Below, piece by piece: positions 59,345 to 64,000 of a DNA stretch of 64,000 bases; the first letter of the stretch is position 1; the number at the start of each line of letters is the position of its first letter. The notes below the pieces were generated by a model. The model saw only the letters and a program-made list of their open reading frames with translations. It was not told where the DNA came from and did not search any database. The position numbers and the translations under genes were made by a program. This DNA is from an uncultured Acidobacteriota bacterium (GTDB taxonomy: Bacteria; Acidobacteriota; UBA6911; RPQK01; CBDAPI01), in NCBI GenBank assembly GCA_964565865.1, contig CAZMGM010000010.1:5897-69896 (forward strand), given 5' to 3'.

Positions 59345-60762
59345 ACGGTCCGAATATAGCTGATCTAGCCTTGATCTGGCCGGAGCTGATCCTGAGCTCT
59401 ATGGCCTTAGCGCTCATCCTAATGGCGCGCCGAATTCGGAATGTTTCCTGTGCCTCAGCTCCGGCCCTTGTAGCAGCGCTGGCCGCGGGCCTGGCCGCGG
59501 CCTGGGTTCTGTCCCAGGGCCCCCGGACCGGGTTTGGCGGCATGATCACCGTGGACGGCTACTCCCAGTTTTTCAAGGTACTGATTGCCGGTGCTTTGGC
59601 CCTGGCCGTGCTCCTCTCCGTGAGGCGTGTCGATACGGATCATATTCAGCCGGCCGAGTACCATGCGTTGCTGCTTCTGGCTTCAGTGGGCATGATGTTC
59701 GCAGTCTCAGCCCTGGATCTCTTGACCCTCTACCTCGGTCTGGAGCTCATGACGCTCTGCTCCTACAGCCTGGTTGGGATTACGGTGGAGAGACAACAGG
59801 CAAACGAAGCCGCGATCAAATATTTTCTTGTGGCTTCTTTTGCCTCGGCCCTACTCCTCTATGGCATTGCGGTGATCTACGGATTAACGGGCTCCACGGG
59901 CTTTACAGCTATTGCCTTGAGCCTGTCCGGTGGAGGTCTGGTGAGTAATCAGATTCTCCTGGCCGGCATCTGTCTGCTGGTTGCGGGACTTGCCTTTAAG
60001 ATTGCGGCGGTTCCATTTCACGCCTGGGCGCCGGATGCCTACCAGGGAGCCAGCGCCCCGGTAGCCGCCTTCCTGGCTACTGCCACCAAGGCCGCCGGTC
60101 TGGCTGCGGTAGGACGAGTCTGCCTGGTTGCGCTGGCCCCTGAAGCCGGCGTTCTGTCGCTGATGGTGGCGGGACTCGCCGCGCTCTCCATCATAGTGGG
60201 GAGCATCATTATTCTGGCCCAGGCCGATATGAAACGCTTGCTGGCGTATTCCTCGATCTCGCATGCCGGCTATGCCCTCCTAGGAATCATCTCGGGGACG
60301 CCCGAAGGGGTATCGGCCACCATGACCTATGTGTTTCTCTATGTCTTCATGACGCTGGGAGCTTTCGGTGTTGTGATCGCACTGGGCCGCCGAGGCGAGA
60401 ACCTCGAGGGCTACCGGGGACTGGCCGCGCAGCGGCCTGGGACCGCTGCGCTGATGCTGCTCTTCCTCTTGTCCCTGACAGGAATTCCACCCACTGCAGG
60501 ATTCGCAGCCAAGTTCGTTGTCATCCTGAGCGCCGTGCGCGGCGGCTATTTTGCACTGGCTGTCCTGGCAGTGATCTGCAGTGTCATCTCAGGCTTTGTC
60601 TACCTGCGCGTGGCTGTTTTGATGTACATGCAGGAATCCCGAGAACCACAACCTGCGCACTACCCCCTGGCAGTATTCGCGGCTCTGGCGGTGGCCGCTC
60701 TGGTCACCGTGATTGGAGGTGTCTTCCCGGGCAGCCTAACCTTCTGGACGGTGGCGCCATGA
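59341..60762 (+). CDS. nuoN: NADH-quinone oxidoreductase subunit N
   Basis: EAAIKYF, FKIAAVPFHAWAPDAYQG, KRLLAYSSISH, GIPPTAGF. Confidence 0.94.
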   Translation: MNGPNIADLALIWPELILSSMALALILMARRIRNVSCASAPALVAALAAGLAAAWVLSQGPRTGFGGMITVDGYSQFFKVLIAGALALAVLLSVRRVDTDHIQPAEYHALLLLASVGMMFAVSALDLLTLYLGLELMTLCSYSLVGITVERQQANEAAIKYFLVASFASALLLYGIAVIYGLTGSTGFTAIALSLSGGGLVSNQILLAGICLLVAGLAFKIAAVPFHAWAPDAYQGASAPVAAFLATATKAAGLAAVGRVCLVALAPEAGVLSLMVAGLAALSIIVGSIIILAQADMKRLLAYSSISHAGYALLGIISGTPEGVSATMTYVFLYVFMTLGAFGVVIALGRRGENLEGYRGLAAQRPGTAALMLLFLLSLTGIPPTAGFAAKFVVILSAVRGGYFALAVLAVICSVISGFVYLRVAVLMYMQESREPQPAHYPLAVFAALAVAALVTVIGGVFPGSLTFWTVAP

Positions 60763-61022
60763 GGGAAATACGAGGTGTTCAGAGCGCGGACCGAACCGGG
60801 CTATTCCCTGTTGCCCCTTTCGGGGGTTGGGTCGAGGCTACAGACCGTCTCTTGCCCTTGAGGGAGCAACAGGAAATAGTCGGGGGTGGTCCGCGCTCTG
60901 AAGGTGAGTATCAGCCATTACAAGCCTCTGAGGAGCGCCGCCAACTTGGGTTCGATCCCAGAAATATTGCAGCCTGTGCCGTCGCCACGCAGTGTATAAT
61001 TGGAGCCTGGTAAGAAAGGACC

Positions 61023-61376
61023 ATGAGCGAGTACATTGGTATTGCAGTTTGCTTTGCCCTGGCCGGAGGAATCACGGGGGCAATGGTATTATTGGCCTCC
61101 ATACTGGGTAAGAAGAAGCCCTCGGCGGTGAAATCAGAGCCATTCGAGTGCGGAAAGGACCCCTTTTCCCTTCCCGGTGGAAAGCTGGCGATCAAGTTTT
61201 ATCTCATCGCTATTTTGTTCATCCTTTTCGATGTTGAGCTCGTCTTTCTCTACCCGTGGGCCGTGATCTACCGCCAGCTCGGCCTGCTGGGCCTGGTGGA
61301 AATGGGGATCTTTCTAGGGATCCTCATGGTGGGCTTCGTCTATGCCTGGGACAACGGTGCCCTGGAATGGCAATGA
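61023..61376 (+). CDS. nuoA: NADH-quinone oxidoreductase subunit A
   Basis: FECG, FYLIAILFILFDVE..FLYPWA, GALEW. Confidence 0.95.
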   Translation: MSEYIGIAVCFALAGGITGAMVLLASILGKKKPSAVKSEPFECGKDPFSLPGGKLAIKFYLIAILFILFDVELVFLYPWAVIYRQLGLLGLVEMGIFLGILMVGFVYAWDNGALEWQ

Positions 61377-61377
61377 T

Positions 61378-61881
61378 ATGTTAAACGACAAGTTATTTTT
61401 TACGAGCCGTCTCGAGGAAGCCCTCGGCTGGGCCCGAAAATTCTCAATTTTTCAGTACCCATTCGTGACCGCTTGCTGTGGGATGGAGTACATGGCCACG
61501 GCCTGTTCTCACTACGACGTAGACCGCTTTGGAGCCGGTCTTCCGAGATTCTCTCCGCGCCAGGCAGACGTCCTCTTTGTGGTGGGCACGATCAGTCACA
61601 AGATGGCACCGATCCTGGAGCGAATCTACGAACAGATGGCCGAGCCCAAATGGGTTGTTGCTTTTGGGGTCTGCACCTGCACGGGCGGCTTCTACGACAA
61701 CTATGCGACCGTCATGGGTATTGACACCATCATTCCGGTGGACGTCTACATTCCGGGTTGCCCTCCACGCCCGGAAAATGTCCTTGACGGGCTGATGAAA
61801 CTGCAGGACAAGATTCAAGCCGAGCATACCACCAGTAACCGCCCGGCTTCCGAAAGGAGCTCGGACGGTCTAAACGCATGA
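61378..61881 (+). CDS. nuoB: NADH-quinone oxidoreductase subunit B
   Basis: TACCGME, SPRQAD, PVDVYIPGCPPRPE. Confidence 0.95.
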   Translation: MLNDKLFFTSRLEEALGWARKFSIFQYPFVTACCGMEYMATACSHYDVDRFGAGLPRFSPRQADVLFVVGTISHKMAPILERIYEQMAEPKWVVAFGVCTCTGGFYDNYATVMGIDTIIPVDVYIPGCPPRPENVLDGLMKLQDKIQAEHTTSNRPASERSSDGLNA

Positions 61882-62459
61882 ATACCTCTGTTCTGATCGA
61901 GTCTGTCAGCGAACGCTTTCCCGATGCAGTGACGGCCACGCACAATTACCGTGGCGACGAAACCGTGGTTTTACACAGGAAGGCTCTGGTAGAAGTCGCG
62001 CGCTTTCTCAAAGAAGACGCGGCCATTCTGATGAATTTACTGGTGGACTTGACCGCCGTAGACTATTCCGCCTTTGGGAAAAGCACTGCGCCCGCGTTCT
62101 TCGCCTCGTCCGGCGTCGGAGTGCGCCCCTTGGCCCAGATCACGGATGAAGAGCCGTGGCCAGGACCACCCGGGACGGCACGCTTTGCGGTCGTGTACCA
62201 TTTCTACTCTTTGAAGCACAAGCACCGCCTCCGGCTGGTGGTCCCGGTGGAGGAAGCAGAGCCCGAGCTGGATTCTCTAACGTCATTGTGGGCTGGTGCA
62301 AATTGGCTCGAGCGTGAGGTCTGGGATATGTTCGGCATTCGATTTCGGGGGCATCCTGATCTCAGGCGCATTCTCATGTACGAAGAATTCGACGGCCACG
62401 CGCTGCGCAAGGACTATCCTGTCAACAAACGGCAGCCGCTGACCGGACCGGTTAATTGA
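61878..62459 (+). CDS. nuoC: NADH-quinone oxidoreductase subunit C
   Basis: WLEREVWDMFGI.F.GHPDLRRIL, LRKDYP. Confidence 0.94.
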   Translation: MNTSVLIESVSERFPDAVTATHNYRGDETVVLHRKALVEVARFLKEDAAILMNLLVDLTAVDYSAFGKSTAPAFFASSGVGVRPLAQITDEEPWPGPPGTARFAVVYHFYSLKHKHRLRLVVPVEEAEPELDSLTSLWAGANWLEREVWDMFGIRFRGHPDLRRILMYEEFDGHALRKDYPVNKRQPLTGPVN

Positions 62460-62502
62460 TGACGACCCCAACCTCGCGTTGTTGCCCCCCGGTTCAAACC
62501 CA

Positions 62503-63879
62503 ATGACGCTCGATCCATCCTCCTCACGGGAGACACCCCAGAGCGCCGCCTCGGATCTCGAGACCCGGGACATGATGCTCAACATTGGCCCCGCCCACCC
62601 GGCCATGCACGGGATCGTCAGGATTGTGGCGGAGCTGGATGGGGAAAAGATTCAGAGTACCGATGTGGAGATTGGTTATCTTCACCGCGGCTTTGAGAAG
62701 ATGGCCGAAGTAGTGGACTACAATGGCGTCATCCCCTACACGGACCGCCTCAACTACGTGTCCCCGCTCATCAACAACATGGGCTATTGCATGGCCGTTG
62801 AGAAGCTGCTCGGGATCTCGGTTCCGGAACGCTGCCACTATGTCCGGGTCATTGTCTCGGAGATTTCTCGGATCTCGGACCACCTTACATGTGTGGGGGC
62901 GACGGCCATGGAGTTGGGTGCGTTCAGCGTTTTCCTCTATATGATCAAGGCCCGGGAGTATCTCTGGGAGCTTGTGGAGATGGTAACTGGCGCGCGTCTC
63001 ACGGTCAGTTACTGCCGCGTTGGAGGTGTGAAGGCCGACCTTCCTGAGGGTTTTGGAGAGGGATGCCACCAGGCATTCAAGGAAACCCGCAAGGTCCTGG
63101 ACGAGGCATCCAGCCTGCTTACTCGCAACCGGATCTTCACCGACCGAATGAATGGAACCGGGATGATCTCGGCAGAAGATGCGATTTCCTATGGGGTTAC
63201 AGGCCCCTTTCTTCGAGCCAGCGGTGCGGACTACGACGTACGCAAGGACTGCCCGTACGCCGTTTACGACCAGATCCCTTTCGATGTACCGGTTGGGACC
63301 CGAGGGGACAACATGGACCGATATCTGGTTCGCATGGAGGAAATGGAGCAGTCTATGCGGATCGTGGAGACGGCGCTCCGCGACATTCCGGTTGGGCCAG
63401 TTCAGGCCCACCCTGAAACGGGTCGACCAATCCCGGCCGCCGATATGGTGGACCTGGCGAAGGTTGGAGATATCGCTGCCATATCGGGGGGAAGTGCAGT
63501 GACCGCTCCAACGCTGGAAGGTTCGGGTCGCGACCGCCATTCGTCCATCGCCACTGACGAAAAGCGGGCCTTCCTCCCTCCCAAAGAAGATACCTACGGC
63601 AACATCGAGGGGCTCATGCACCACTTTAAGTTGGTCATGTACGGCCACGGCGTGCGACCGCCCAGCGGAGAAGTCTATTTTCCAGTGGAGGGAGCCAACG
63701 GGGAACTCGGATTCTACATTGTGAGCGATGGGGCCAGCTCCGCCTACCGGGTTCGGGTCCGTCCTCCCTGCTTCGCTATCATGTCGGCCCTGCCCAAGCT
63801 TCTGGTCGGTGACATGGTGGCCGATCTGGTCCCTACCTTTGGGTCGGTCAACATGATTGGAGGGGAGCTCGATCGATGA
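62503..63879 (+). CDS. nuoD: NADH-quinone oxidoreductase subunit D
   Basis: NIGPAHPAMHG, GYLHRGFEK, DRLNY, GELDR; no NiFe CxxC motifs. Confidence 0.95.
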   Translation: MTLDPSSSRETPQSAASDLETRDMMLNIGPAHPAMHGIVRIVAELDGEKIQSTDVEIGYLHRGFEKMAEVVDYNGVIPYTDRLNYVSPLINNMGYCMAVEKLLGISVPERCHYVRVIVSEISRISDHLTCVGATAMELGAFSVFLYMIKAREYLWELVEMVTGARLTVSYCRVGGVKADLPEGFGEGCHQAFKETRKVLDEASSLLTRNRIFTDRMNGTGMISAEDAISYGVTGPFLRASGADYDVRKDCPYAVYDQIPFDVPVGTRGDNMDRYLVRMEEMEQSMRIVETALRDIPVGPVQAHPETGRPIPAADMVDLAKVGDIAAISGGSAVTAPTLEGSGRDRHSSIATDEKRAFLPPKEDTYGNIEGLMHHFKLVMYGHGVRPPSGEVYFPVEGANGELGFYIVSDGASSAYRVRVRPPCFAIMSALPKLLVGDMVADLVPTFGSVNMIGGELDR

Positions 63880-64000
63880 AATTTTCCGACCTTCAACCCC
63901 GGGCCGAAGAGATCCTGCAACGTTACGAGCAACCAAGAGCAGCAATGCTCCCGATGTTATGGCTTGTCCAGGAAAACTTTGGTTACGTCTCCCAGGAGGC
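63876..64000 (+). CDS. nuoE: NADH-quinone oxidoreductase subunit E, partial
   Basis: MKFSDLQPRAEEILQRYEQPRAAMLPMLWLVQENFGYVSQE; ATGA overlap with nuoD. Confidence 0.85.
   Translation, partial: MKFSDLQPRAEEILQRYEQPRAAMLPMLWLVQENFGYVSQE

Noticed and set aside
62503-63879. Group 4 NiFe hydrogenase interpretation of the Nuo/Mrp cluster
   Set aside because: The large subunit lacks both CxxC nickel motifs and keeps NuoD quinone-site motifs.
62524-63945. 473-aa minus-strand ORF, and similar long antisense ORFs at 26971, 30818, 35962 and 53756
   Set aside because: Shadow frames of well-supported genes in GC-rich DNA.
1-64000. CRISPR array, prophage, rRNA or intact transposase
   Set aside because: No regularly spaced repeats or hallmark genes seen by eye.

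Overview
Origin-proximal chromosomal region of a moderately GC-rich diderm bacterium (lpxA present; gene content reminiscent of Acidobacteriota, inference only). It holds the conserved rpmH-rnpA-yidD-yidC-jag-mnmE and mnmG-rsmG-parA-parB blocks with a perfect parS site. dnaA/dnaN are absent, yet a DnaA-box/DnaA-trio/AT-rich unwinding module sits at about 1.3 kb. Selenocysteine machinery is evident: tRNA-Sec, a UGA-containing SelD and a CxxU Rdx-family selenoprotein missed by the ORF track. Other content: a branched-chain/pyruvate 2-oxoacid dehydrogenase operon, a tRNA-Asp-adjacent catabolic islet (two SDR paralogs, NCS1 permease, 2-hydroxyacid dehydrogenase), an acyl-ligase/ACP/acyltransferase gene coupled to a CTG-start radical SAM gene and a metallophosphoesterase, an atypical rho, a tandem YjbQ-like protein, lutABC, an ECF sigma operon, several pseudogenes, an IS481 remnant and a permuted complex I cluster with four antiporter-like subunits. 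At least nine genes have a -10 box 6-7 nt before the start codon and no Shine-Dalgarno site, which suggests widespread leaderless mRNAs. All calls come from motif reading; no database searches were run.
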